DNA of 64,000 bases from Acidimicrobiales bacterium (GCA_965214945.1 OZ244029.1:872533-936532); one strand, 5' to 3'; shown: positions 9,501 through 18,476, numbered from the stretch's first letter. The notes: generated by a model from the sequence alone, not told the origin. Numbers and translations are program-made.

Positions 9501-10636
9501 CAAGCGCGAGCCTGGAGTTCGCCGCGGTCTGGGGTACCCAAAGCTCTGTTCTTTCAAGTGGGCTCCGCGTCAGTGACGGCGTACCGGTTGCCAAGATCTC
9601 GACATTCCTTGAGCCTGCAGGTCGGATTGAACAGGGGCCCGAGAAGCTTGTTCAGAACAAGAATGTTGTGTTCCAAGGATGCATCGTTTTGGGCAGCGGA
9701 TTTATTGTCGATCCGGAGGAGGCTATGGGATGGATCCAGAACGATCCATCCAACAAGGAAGTTCTCTTTCCTTACCTCAGCGGCGATGATCTTAATTCCC
9801 GGCCCAACTGCTCTGCATCTCGCTGGGTCATAGACTTTGCTGAAAGGACGGAGGAAGCGGCGCGCAAGTATGAAGGGCCGTTCAATAGAGTGGCTGAGAC
9901 CGTCCTGCCTGAGCGCAAAGGCAAGAACGATTCTGGAGCTCGGAAGTATTGGTGGCGCTTTCTTCGGCCACGACCAGCCCTCCGCTCGGCGATCGACGGA
10001 CTCAATGAAGTCATCGTCATTGCAGGTGTCAGCAAGACGGTCATGCCCGGAAGAGTGAATACTGGGACGGTCTTCCCCCACCACCTTGTAGTGTTCGCAT
10101 CTGAGTCATATTCGTTGCAGGCCTGCTTGTCGTCAAGCATCCACCAGATGTGGGCAATCATGTATGGGTCGACGATGGGATCCGGTCCGAGATACACCCC
10201 GGAACGCTGCTTCAAGCCCTTTCCATTGCCACCCGAGTCGGAAGCGTTGGCATCTATGGGAAGGATTCTTCATGGGGAGCGACGTGAGATCATGTTGCGC
10301 CGCCAATTGGGACTCACCGGTCTCTATAACTTGGTCAACAGTCCTGAGATCGGTGCCGAAGCTGACCCCGATGTTGCCCGAATGCGCCAGATCCACATCG
10401 AGCTTGATGAGGTTGTGATGGATGCCTACGGGTGGCCAGATGTCGCACTCGATCATGGCCATCACACGTATCGGCAGATGGAGCGGTGGACTGTCAGTCC
10501 GACTGCCCGGGTCGAGATACTCGACCGTCTCCTGGAGGAGAATCACCGTCGGGCTTCTAAGGAGTCGCCGAAGCCCAGAGCGATGAGCCACCACTCCAAG
10601 AAGGGTCGGAATGTAACAGAAGAGCTTTTCTCATGA
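6551..10636 (+). CDS. drmMI: Large Eco57I-like N6-adenine DNA methyltransferase, DISARM DrmMI
   Basis: GAHYTPKSLAEEVV, VADIACGSGAFLVAA (AdoMet motif I), YGADINDMAVEMCKLSLWL, FDAIIGNPPFLGGQK (catalytic NPPF). The start at 6551 (alternative ATG 6563) overlaps the drmD stop at 6561-6563. 1361 aa. Confidence 0.8.
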   Translation: MGELMAAANRRRIPATSNVSELHRRWLELVDIEGPFLAIPPLKRVWPNGIPNFRSTHPDRFEVLNHALKDFEAAWESLDRAEDSSSTLDAYRVARDKWVETVLRDVVGWAESLEWGAIPGVEAQSPNRAVTVTAQGAIVGADGTRALVHVTDATESLRQTPNDLWAATPIDRLDALLRENDVEIGIVTDGRWWGLVYAGEGRMTASGVVDALTWVEEPRTRDAFFTLAGRQHIIGGDPTERLPVLFAESVAAAEEITEALGSQVRRAVELLIQSFSESASEARRLGKPDPLPDRTHDTYEAAVTVMMRVVFLLFAEERGLLPSGELFEQGYGISRELDRLDAESTPGEEVLEATSLTWHRLLATSGALYKGASLENLRMPAYGGSLFDPDRFAFLTAITDEGTLAVVVSDRVMLHVLRSVQVATVRGEARRISFRDIDVEQIGYIYEGLLGYTCKSVDETYLGILGTMGEEPEIPLGTIEQLARENTTPEKLAGAIRKWVKENQPSAKPATAAKIAKALQADADPSVVSALAQTVADNSELLNRIAPWLGLIRRDLRGHPFVLRGGGGLLVAETPSRRNAGAHYTPKSLAEEVVFHTLEPLCYSPGPHQTSDEASWQLRSSDELLNLKVADIACGSGAFLVAATRYLADRVVEAWISEEPANAQRMDLHTRAKRQVVANCLYGADINDMAVEMCKLSLWLVSLDRDLPFSFVDDKIFLGNSLLGLTSLDQLRKLHIDPTRVPMDRRFDIFDVDVDEIIHKAVSLREHLLGEIDDNDPARSSATKRRQHNESKSVTSPLRQIADGIIAAGLPLGGKPGRELDAAYVSLRCAVRNAYPDDDTHKDARELEALIVRGLTPAVKTDFKRWQPLHWPIEAPDVIVDRSGFDAIIGNPPFLGGQKLSGAMGSEIRDWFVHVLANGKRGSADLVAYFFLRILGLLADNGTIGLIATNTIAQGVTRQVGLDQIVDQGLTIMRSIQSRPWPATSASLEFAAVWGTQSSVLSSGLRVSDGVPVAKISTFLEPAGRIEQGPEKLVQNKNVVFQGCIVLGSGFIVDPEEAMGWIQNDPSNKEVLFPYLSGDDLNSRPNCSASRWVIDFAERTEEAARKYEGPFNRVAETVLPERKGKNDSGARKYWWRFLRPRPALRSAIDGLNEVIVIAGVSKTVMPGRVNTGTVFPHHLVVFASESYSLQACLSSSIHQMWAIMYGSTMGSGPRYTPERCFKPFPLPPESEALASMGRILHGERREIMLRRQLGLTGLYNLVNSPEIGAEADPDVARMRQIHIELDEVVMDAYGWPDVALDHGHHTYRQMERWTVSPTARVEILDRLLEENHRRASKESPKPRAMSHHSKKGRNVTEELFS
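8241..8253 (+). repeat. G13 homopolymer tract inside drmMI (currently in frame, encodes GGGG)
   Basis: Counted directly: ttcgtcttac + 13 g + tctcctg. Translation across it is FVLRGGGGLLVAETPSRRNAGAHYTP. Confidence 0.9.
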
Positions 10637-13600
10637 CTGATGCGTCTGCTTCGGTGGGTTCTCAGACCAGTTACGACTTGCGATTCGAGTTAGACGGTTC
10701 GTCCTTCGCTGTGCGAGAGAATCTTGTCGACATCCTGGAACGCGAGCTGCTAGGGCCGATTCACGGATCAGAGGAGGTGCTTCCTATCAGCCCTCGGTCC
10801 CAATACCTGGTTGGTCACGTTGCTCCGGTGAAGCTCACCTCCGACGCAGCCAGTGAGGCGGTTGATTCTGGCTCAGAGGATCGCGGCGAGCTGATCGAGG
10901 TTCGTCTGGACACAACCGCGTTGGCCGAAGTTCCCGGTGTGCCAGCGTTTGCAGCTGATGACCAGAAAGCCGAGACCGAGGACGATGATGCCGAGGACCG
11001 CGCACCGAAGCAAGGCCTCATGATCCCGGCGTCGATGGGAATGCGCTTCCAGGTTCCCGCCGATTTGGAGTCGTTCACGGTATCGGCCTCATGGGGAACG
11101 TACGAGACCATTGAGACGGATCAGGTGACCAAGTCGGGACGTCCTGTTCGCCATTACAAGCGGATCCCGGTGGAGGAAGCGAGGTTAATTAGGTTGGCGG
11201 ATCTGGTTGCTGGCAGAACGAAGATCGTGGAGCTTCAGGATTCTGTTTGCCTTCGCCTTGACCGTTATGACGACAAGATACACGATCGGGTGCTAGTCGA
11301 GATCGCCCTGTGCAACGATCGCGAGACCCCGGACTCCATCCCGATAAGCATGTGGATGTTTCAGACCAAGCTCCGGGTAGACGCTGGCGGGGCGGAAGTG
11401 TTTTTGCCGGTGCGTGACGTGCTCGAACAGGACTGGCCAGAGCCCGACGACGAGGTGCAACAGCTCGACCTCCAATATCGAGACCGTCTGGAGTATGCGG
11501 TTGGGCGCACCTGCTCCGTGGACTGGGAGGTGCGCCAAGGATCGCGGCGGGCGACCGAAGTGTCGACGACCTGGCTCCCGATAGCTGAGACACCGCAGAC
11601 GCGGGCTCCGGACCGTGACAGGTCCATGTTGTCGATGGACGAGCTCGCCACCGTCACGCCGGCCAAGTTGCGCACCGGCCTAAGACCGCTGGTGGACGGC
11701 TATTGTGAATGGCTCGATCAACAGGAATCGAGAGCTAAGAAGCTGCCCGAGCACTGGCACGAGACCTGTGAGCAGGTCCTTTTGGAAGCTCGTCAGGCTC
11801 ACCAACGTCTTGCCGACGGGTTGGAGCACGTTGCGACCGAGCCCGAAGCGCTGCGTTGCTTCCGATTCATGAACCGGGTGATGCGTGACCAACGGATCGC
11901 TTCGCAAGTTGCCGAAGAGCGAGCGTCGGACTCATCGGTCACGATCGAGCAGGCCAGGCAAAGGGTGGACGCGCTGAGTGCCGGCGTGGCTTCGTGGCGC
12001 CCTTTCCAGTTGGCCTTCATTCTCATGCAACTCGAAGCGCTCACCGAGCCCACGACCGCCATCCGCAGCGCAGAGCATCAGGCCCGAGTCGAGTTGCTGT
12101 TCTTTCCGACGGGAGGCGGCAAAACCGAGGCCTACCTGGGTCTCGCTGCCTATGCCTTCGCGACCCGCCGCCGGCAGGGAGTTGTCGAGTCGGCCGAGGG
12201 ACCGCTGGACGGAGGCCTTGGTGTTGCGGTGCTGATGCGCTACACGCTGCGGCTGCTGACTGCGCAGCAGTTTCAGCGGGCAACGGCGCTTGTGTGCGCA
12301 GCAGAGCTAGCTCGCCGCGAGGACGAAGCGACCTGGGGCACAGAGCCATTCCGCATCGGTCTGTGGGTCGGGACCGATGTGAGCCCTAAGTGGTTCGAGG
12401 AAGCAGACAAGCAGCTCACCAGGGCCAACGAGTACGGCTCGCATCGCTTGACTGTCCTGCAGATTCAGCGCTGCCCGTGGTGCGGAACCCCGATCGCGGC
12501 AGCCCAGATCAAGGCCGACGCCACGCAGCGGCGGGTGTTCGTGTACTGCGGAGACGAGCTCGCCCGATGCCCGTTCGCCAAGGGCGGGGCCGTCGACGAG
12601 GGCCTGCCGGTGCTCACTGTCGACGAGGAGATATACCGTCTCGCTCCCGCGTTCGTCATCGCGACGGTGGACAAGTTCGCCCGCTTGGCCCGCGAGGGTG
12701 CAGCAGCGTCCCTGTTCGGCTATGTCGCCCGCCGCTGCGGTCGCCACGGCTACGTCCATCAGGACTATGCTGGGTGCAGCATCAGCAGAGCGCACCCGGC
12801 GGTCAAGGACGGTGATCGCATCGTCCATCCGCAGGCCACTGTGCGGCCTGTGGGGCGACTGCGGCCGCCGGACCTCATCATCCAGGACGAGCTGCACCTC
12901 ATCACCGGTGCGCTCGGCACGTCAGTCGGCCTGTTCGAGGTCGCGGTCGAGACTCTCGCCTCGTGGGAGACCGCCGACGGCAAGCCTGTGCGACCGATGA
13001 TCGTCGCCTCGACGGCAACGGTGCGCAATGCCCACGAGCAGGTGCGAGGCCTCTATGGGCGCCAAGTCCAGATCTTCCCGCCCCAGGTGCTCGATGCTGC
13101 CGACACCTACTTCTCCCAAGAGGTGCCGATCGACCGCGCCAACCCTGGGCGCCGCTATCTGGGCGTCAGCGCTCAAGGAGTCCGCCTTTCGAGCGCCGAG
13201 ATCCGCGTGGCCGAGGTCTTGCTCTCCGCGGGGCAACTGCTCTTCGACGAAGCCGGCGAGGCAGCCGACCCGTACATGACGCTGGTCGGGTACTTCAACG
13301 CAACCCGGGAGCTGGCGGGCATGGCCCGCTACATGGCTGATGACGTCGCCAACCGAGTCGGCAACCCGCGTATGGGCTCCGGCTTTCCCCGCAGGTACGG
13401 CACCGGCTTTGGAAGTTTGTCCATCGCGGAGCTCACCTCACGCATCGCTTCCGCCGAGATCGGCCGCACCCTCGACCGACTCGGGCTCGAGTTCGATCCC
13501 GACTTCGACGCTACCCAGCAACGCCTGGACCGCATCAAAGCCGCAAACGCCGGCAAGAAGCGGCCCATCCGCACGAACATCCCCTTCGACGTGGTGCTGG

Positions 13601-14367
13601 CAACCTCGATGCTCGGGGTCGGCGTCGACGTCCAGCGGCTCGGCCTCATGCTGGTGGTCGGCCAGCCGAAGAACACCGCCGAGTACATCCAGGCGTCCTC
13701 CCGCGTGGGACGCGAAGCATCCGGTCGCCCCGGCCTTGTGGTGGCGCTGGGCAACTGGGCGCGGCCGCGAGACCTTGCGCACTTCGAGCAGTTCCGGCAC
13801 TACCACGAGACGTTCTACGCCCAGGTCGAGGCTCAGTCGGTCACACCGTTCTCGACGACCTCGCTCGATCGGGGCCTTGATGGCCTGCTCGTGAGCGTCG
13901 CTCGCGTGGTGCAAGCGACCGAGGCCAAGGGTCTGTCGCCCGAGCAGGACGCCTGGCGGATCCGCGACCAGCGGGCCTCAATCGACGCCATCTGCGATCG
14001 GCTCAGGAAGCGGATCGCCGTGGCGGCCCGAGACGACGCCGCCTCCAACCATGCCGGCGATGTGCTCGTCAACCGCATCGATCGATGGAACGAGCGCGCC
14101 AAGCGAGCAACGGAGATGAACAAGACTCTGGTGTACGAACGGATCGGGCAGGGAGAGGAGTTCCTCCCTCTGATCATCAGCCCCGAGAACGCCAAGGCCA
14201 GCGCCGGCGATTCCCTCCAAGCCCCGTTCGTGATCGCGAACTCCATGCGCGAAGTGCAGCCTGAGATCAATGTGCTCGTCAGCCCCCTAGCGGAGCGGCT
14301 GTTCATGCTGAGGCCTGATGGCGCGCCCGAGTGGACCCTCCCGGTTGGAGAGGACGACGATGACTGA
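10633..14367 (+). CDS. drmA: DExH helicase, DISARM DrmA
   Basis: LLFFPTGGGKTEAYLGL (Walker A), DLIIQDELHLITGALGT (DExH), ATSMLGVGVDVQRLGLMLVVGQPKNTAEYIQASSRVGR (motifs V-VI), and a Zn-ribbon-like CPWCGTPI...YCGDELARCPF. ATGA overlap with the drmMI stop. Confidence 0.8.
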   Translation: MTDASASVGSQTSYDLRFELDGSSFAVRENLVDILERELLGPIHGSEEVLPISPRSQYLVGHVAPVKLTSDAASEAVDSGSEDRGELIEVRLDTTALAEVPGVPAFAADDQKAETEDDDAEDRAPKQGLMIPASMGMRFQVPADLESFTVSASWGTYETIETDQVTKSGRPVRHYKRIPVEEARLIRLADLVAGRTKIVELQDSVCLRLDRYDDKIHDRVLVEIALCNDRETPDSIPISMWMFQTKLRVDAGGAEVFLPVRDVLEQDWPEPDDEVQQLDLQYRDRLEYAVGRTCSVDWEVRQGSRRATEVSTTWLPIAETPQTRAPDRDRSMLSMDELATVTPAKLRTGLRPLVDGYCEWLDQQESRAKKLPEHWHETCEQVLLEARQAHQRLADGLEHVATEPEALRCFRFMNRVMRDQRIASQVAEERASDSSVTIEQARQRVDALSAGVASWRPFQLAFILMQLEALTEPTTAIRSAEHQARVELLFFPTGGGKTEAYLGLAAYAFATRRRQGVVESAEGPLDGGLGVAVLMRYTLRLLTAQQFQRATALVCAAELARREDEATWGTEPFRIGLWVGTDVSPKWFEEADKQLTRANEYGSHRLTVLQIQRCPWCGTPIAAAQIKADATQRRVFVYCGDELARCPFAKGGAVDEGLPVLTVDEEIYRLAPAFVIATVDKFARLAREGAAASLFGYVARRCGRHGYVHQDYAGCSISRAHPAVKDGDRIVHPQATVRPVGRLRPPDLIIQDELHLITGALGTSVGLFEVAVETLASWETADGKPVRPMIVASTATVRNAHEQVRGLYGRQVQIFPPQVLDAADTYFSQEVPIDRANPGRRYLGVSAQGVRLSSAEIRVAEVLLSAGQLLFDEAGEAADPYMTLVGYFNATRELAGMARYMADDVANRVGNPRMGSGFPRRYGTGFGSLSIAELTSRIASAEIGRTLDRLGLEFDPDFDATQQRLDRIKAANAGKKRPIRTNIPFDVVLATSMLGVGVDVQRLGLMLVVGQPKNTAEYIQASSRVGREASGRPGLVVALGNWARPRDLAHFEQFRHYHETFYAQVEAQSVTPFSTTSLDRGLDGLLVSVARVVQATEAKGLSPEQDAWRIRDQRASIDAICDRLRKRIAVAARDDAASNHAGDVLVNRIDRWNERAKRATEMNKTLVYERIGQGEEFLPLIISPENAKASAGDSLQAPFVIANSMREVQPEINVLVSPLAERLFMLRPDGAPEWTLPVGEDDDD

Positions 14368-16429
14368 CCCGCTCACCGGTCCAGAAGCTCCGAGCATGAT
14401 GCTGCATGATCCAGGTCAGACGCTCGACCCGCTGGCGGACGCCGAAGACGCGGCAGTCAAGAATCGGGCCAAGGTCGGTTCAGCTCGGCCTTCCTCGCTC
14501 CTCTACACCTACGGGCCGGGCGCCATCATGGATCTTCCGGGCTTCTCGGTCATGCCCGCCGGGCTTGGCGACTGGGAGCCCATCTGGCAGCGACGAGAGT
14601 CGGTCCCCACGATCACCGAGCCCCGTCTGCTCGACGTGGTGCGACTCCACCTGGGACCGCAGGTAGACGCTCTGCGCCCTTTCCCGTGGCAGCCGAAGAC
14701 GAGCCCCTCGTCTTCTGACGGCAGTGATCTCGGGATACCAGCCCGTGTCTTTCCCCAGTGGCTGCGGTGCACCGGCTGTGACTACCTCGGCCCGATTTCA
14801 CGCTTTCGCTACACCAACACCCACCCATTCCGTCCCGACCTGGCCCAGTTCACCCACGCCCCCTGCCCCGGCCGCGGCGGACAACGCCGCACCTCGAGCC
14901 GGAAGGAGCGCGGGAGGCCGGCGGTTCCGGCCCAACACCTGCTGACCTGCGTCAACGGCCATCTCGACGAGTTCCCCTACGACCTCTGGGTCCACCAAGG
15001 CGACAGATGCCCGAAAGTCGAAGTGCCGAGCCTGAAGATGCGCGACGCCAATGTCGGCGGCTCCAATGTCGGCTCCACCATCATCTGCGAAGCCTGCAGA
15101 GCGAGGCGGGGAATGGCGGAGGCACAAGGACGGGCAGGCCGCGAGAAGCTCCCGCAGAAGTGCCGCGGGCGCCACCCTCACCTGAACGCCTTCGACGGCT
15201 CCTGCGATGCGCAGCCGGCGCTGATCATGATGGGTGCGTCGAACCTCTGGTTCCCTTCGATCCAGTCGATCATCGTTATGCCCCGGACTGAGGCCGAAGG
15301 GCAGTCCGCCCTCGCTGACAGCTTGCGGCTCCAACTGGACGTTGAGCAGATTCGCCGATCTGGCCAGGATCTTGACTGCATCGTGGCGCTTGCCAGGGCT
15401 ATGCGGGGCCTTGACACGGCTGACATCACCGACCAGGAGCTCAAGGAGGCGATTTCGGAAGTACTGGCACCGGCAGACACCGAGGAGGATCGACAGGAGA
15501 AGCTGGCGGCCTGGGATCCCATCGAACTGCTCGTGCCGGAGTGGGACTACCTGCAGAAGCCGGCCCTGTTCCCGCAGCAGGAGAACACCAGCGGCCTGAT
15601 GGTCACCGAGGAGCAGCGCCACGCAGACCTCGACACCCGCATCACACGGGTGGTCGCCGTCAACCAGATGAAGAAGGTCAACGCCGTCCTCGGTTTCACG
15701 AGGCTCGACGAGATGGACCGGGTCAATGATCTGGCGAGCCGCCTGGTCAAGCTGACCCGCGACGCCCGACCGACCTGGGTACCGGCGACCGAAGACCGCG
15801 GCGAGGGTGTCTTCCTGCAGCTCGACCCCGAGAAGGTCGCTGCCTGGGAGGAGAAGATTCTCGTCTCGGACTTGTGGGACGCCCATCGCAAGGCACACCG
15901 GCGCAATTTTCAGCGGCGATTCTCCGAGACCGCGAAGCTCGTCGACCCCGACGTGCGCCTGGCCGCGCCGCGGTATTGGCTGCTGCACACCCTCGCTCAC
16001 GTGCTGATCCGCGAGATGGCCATGTCGTGCGGCTACGGCGCTGCGAGCCTCACCGAGCGCATCTATGGTTGGGCTTCATCGCCGCAGCGAGACGCGGCGG
16101 CAGGCCTCCTGATCTGCACGACCGCTTCGGACAGCGAAGGGACCCTTGGCGGTCTGGTCGCCCTGTCTGAGCCTTCTAGGCTGCAGGGGCTCATCAGATC
16201 GGCACTGCGGCGAGCCGGCAGATGCTCGTCTGATCCGGTCTGTGCCATGCGCACTCCGAGCGACCCCGAGGACTTTCTGCACGGAGCGGCTTGTCACTGC
16301 TGTGCGTTCGCATCGGAGACCTCGTGCGAGAGGGCCAACCGGTTCCTCGACCGCCGCCTGCTGCTGACCCTCCCATCCGCCGATGGCGCCACCGTGCCGG
16401 GCTTCTTCGGGACGGTCGATGCCATCTGA
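14360..16429 (+). CDS. drmB: DUF1998-domain protein, DISARM DrmB
   Basis: C-terminal DUF1998-type motif HGAACHCCAFASETSCERANRFLDRRLL, plus Cys clusters CTGCDY and CPGRGG...CVNGH. The ATG at 14360 overlaps the drmA stop (14365-14367); the ORF track opens at 14318. Confidence 0.75.
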   Translation: MTDPLTGPEAPSMMLHDPGQTLDPLADAEDAAVKNRAKVGSARPSSLLYTYGPGAIMDLPGFSVMPAGLGDWEPIWQRRESVPTITEPRLLDVVRLHLGPQVDALRPFPWQPKTSPSSSDGSDLGIPARVFPQWLRCTGCDYLGPISRFRYTNTHPFRPDLAQFTHAPCPGRGGQRRTSSRKERGRPAVPAQHLLTCVNGHLDEFPYDLWVHQGDRCPKVEVPSLKMRDANVGGSNVGSTIICEACRARRGMAEAQGRAGREKLPQKCRGRHPHLNAFDGSCDAQPALIMMGASNLWFPSIQSIIVMPRTEAEGQSALADSLRLQLDVEQIRRSGQDLDCIVALARAMRGLDTADITDQELKEAISEVLAPADTEEDRQEKLAAWDPIELLVPEWDYLQKPALFPQQENTSGLMVTEEQRHADLDTRITRVVAVNQMKKVNAVLGFTRLDEMDRVNDLASRLVKLTRDARPTWVPATEDRGEGVFLQLDPEKVAAWEEKILVSDLWDAHRKAHRRNFQRRFSETAKLVDPDVRLAAPRYWLLHTLAHVLIREMAMSCGYGAASLTERIYGWASSPQRDAAAGLLICTTASDSEGTLGGLVALSEPSRLQGLIRSALRRAGRCSSDPVCAMRTPSDPEDFLHGAACHCCAFASETSCERANRFLDRRLLLTLPSADGATVPGFFGTVDAI

Positions 16430-17122
16430 TCCGTTCGCTGATCTGGGGACCTTCCTCACCGCAACCGAGGCAGTCGGGATCGCAGTCCAGCTCTCCACCG
16501 GTCAGCACTCATCAGTCGCTCTCCGGGAGGTGAATCCAGCCCGTCGCGAGAAAGCCAAGGAACTGATGAGCACCGCCGGACTCGGACACGATGACGTCGA
16601 CCGATCCTCAGCCGTCCTTCATGCGATCGCGAGAGCCAAGAGTCTCGGGAGTCAGTTGACACCGGTGTGGATGATGCCCGGGAACGAGGCAACAGCCGGC
16701 CGTCTCACCGGTGAGTTCACCGGCTCATCCAAGCAGCTAGCCAGTCGGTGACGTGCGCGACTTATAACTTCGAGCCCACGTCGCAGATGTGGACAGCGCT
16801 TCGGGAAGCGGCCGATCAGCCTGGGATCGTCGTCGCCGTCTACCTCGACGCCGACAAAGCGGACGCTGGGAAAGTCAAGAGCCAGCTTGGCCGCGCATCC
16901 GTATACCAATCCGCCGTCTTGCCTGATGGCAACCAGGTAGTCAGCCACGCCAAGTTCGTCGTCATCGACCATGAGATCGTCCTCGTCACGAGCGCGAACT
17001 TCTCATTCAGCGCCGAGAACCGCAACGTCGAGTTCGGCTTGCTCGTCCAAGATGCCGGACTTGCTCGTTCAGTTGAAATGACGATGGAGTCGAAGCAGGG
17101 CACCCTCTACGAATCAGCGTAG
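16419..17122 (+). pseudogene. drmC: PLD-family nuclease DrmC, split by one frame change
   Basis: HxK(x)4D motif in SHAKFVVIDHEIVLVTSANFS. The N-terminal half reads in the frame of ATG 16419 and stops at 16749-16751. The C-terminal half reads in another frame that is open from 16715 (VHRLIQAASQSVTCATYNFEPTS). The switch lies between 16715 and 16748, near the short repeat tcaccgg-tgagt-tcaccgg. The start overlaps the drmB stop by 11 nt. Confidence 0.7.
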
Positions 17123-17244
17123 AGAGCTTGGGGGTCCGGGAGGCTGTCAACAAGGAGAGCTGTCGGTCCAGGCGATCGTCTCCGAGGCGTCGCATGTGGC
17201 CTCCACACCCGACGGGTGGCGACGCTGAAGCCGAGGAGCGGCAC

Positions 17245-17360
17245 CAACTCGCCGCCGCAGTGGGTGGAGGTCGCGCAATGCAGAAGGTGGATCCCGGGAG
17301 GATCGTGCCGGTAGGCCTCGTCGGTATGAGGCACTACCGGTATGAGGCACCACCGGCTCG
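17245..17360 (-). pseudogene. Remnant of a TauD/gamma-butyrobetaine hydroxylase-type Fe(II)/2OG dioxygenase
   Basis: The minus-strand translation PHTDEAYRHDPPGIHLLHCATSTHCGGEL matches the HxD facial-triad block of that family. Only about 35 codons are recognisable. Confidence 0.4.
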
Positions 17361-17405
17361 GTGTCGGTCAAGGCATCACCGGGTCGGGCCACACGTCAGC
17401 TGGCT

Positions 17406-18181
17406 GCGGAGGAGATCCAGGTTGAGTTCGAGTCCGAGCCTTGGTGCGGTTGGGGGTGTGATCCAGCCATCGATGATCTCGGGCATAGCAAGGTGGATGA
17501 GGTCGCGTCGCAGGATCTAGGTGACCGCTTCGATGGTGCGGAACTCGATGCTGGGGATCTGCATGCTGGTGATCCGCATGTGGATGTTGTAGAAGTCCGA
17601 GACGGCCGAGGCGTAGTTGTGGGGCATCAGCCCATATCGCCGTGGCGCAGCGGGGCCTGGCGAAGTACACCCGGTGGTCGTCCAGGTGGTTGGGAACCCA
17701 CAGCGCCTCCTGTCAGTGGGCCCAGCGGTATCCGGGGTCGGTGCTGAGCACGATGTCGTCGCCGATCATGGCCCGGAGCCGGCCGACAAGGTCGACTAAC
17801 TGGTGGTCGGGTGTTTGGTGAGCTCGACGATCGCTCCCATCTTGTCGAGGATGGCGTCGTCGGCTCACCTATAGTTTCGCCGGGATACAGGGTCACATAG
17901 GGGCGTGCGCCGCTCTGGCGGGCGCCTCCGGTTCGGTGTCCAGCGTGTGGGAGCAGTGGGCGGTCTTCTCGACCGACCCGCTGTACCGGGCGCTGTTTGC
18001 GCGCTGGGATCCCGGCATGATCGTGCGACGGCACGGCCACTACAGCCCGCACGTGCTGATAGTGCTTTCGGGCGATTTCACCTGCGGCGACGTCCTCTGC
18101 GGGCCAGGCACCCACCTTGAACTGTCTTTCGGGGCGGACTTCGGGCCGTTCGTGGCCGGATCCGACGGGTCGGTGGAATCG
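17406..18181. repeat. Direct repeat copy B (degenerate enolase + cupin remnants), right flank of the DISARM operon
   Basis: Same orientation as copy A. It lacks about 210 nt that copy A has (around 2560-2770). It retains about 90 nt that A has lost but copy C (34.5 kb) has. The cupin remnant reads ALFARWDPGMIVRRHGHYSPHVLIVLSGDFTCGDVLCGPGTHLELSFG. Confidence 0.8.
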
Positions 18182-18353
18182 CCCTCGCTGACGCTGCCAT
18201 TGAGAACAGGACGCGCATCGCGACTGGCCGATCGTCTCGCAGCTCATGAACCGGTTTACTGGCGAGCCGAATCCGGCAGCCCTGCCTGGAGGAGTCGCTG
18301 TGGCCGAACAGCCCGCGTCATCGAGGATGGGGACGCCTCGCGCCCATCAGGCA

Positions 18354-18476
18354 ATATATCGTTGAACGTATATACCAATAAAGCTGAACATATATGCCTA
18401 TAAATTTGTGGCTGGAGATTAAAATTCAGATTCAGGCCTGATATAGTGCATGTATGCTTACGATATATGAGATTTT
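18354..18476 (+). promoter_or_regulatory. AT-rich putative promoter/operator region of the RHH-GHKL module
   Basis: Composition is strikingly AT-rich against a GC-rich background. Two direct repeats, tgaacgtatatacc (18363-18376) and tgaacatatatgcc (18385-18398). Distal inverted pair atatatcgt / acgatatat. TATAGT at 18442-18447, about 30 nt upstream of the start codon. Confidence 0.4.

Noticed and set aside
14798-16000. A 400-aa minus-strand ORF antisense to drmB. Similar long antisense or overlapping ORFs occur at 23103-24215, 24884-25921, 25933-26961, 28527-29174, 61005-61913 and 62887-63918.
   Set aside because: These are typical high-GC shadow ORFs. Their products are Arg/Pro/Gly-rich and low in complexity with no motifs, and each overlaps a gene with strong family signatures on the other strand or frame.
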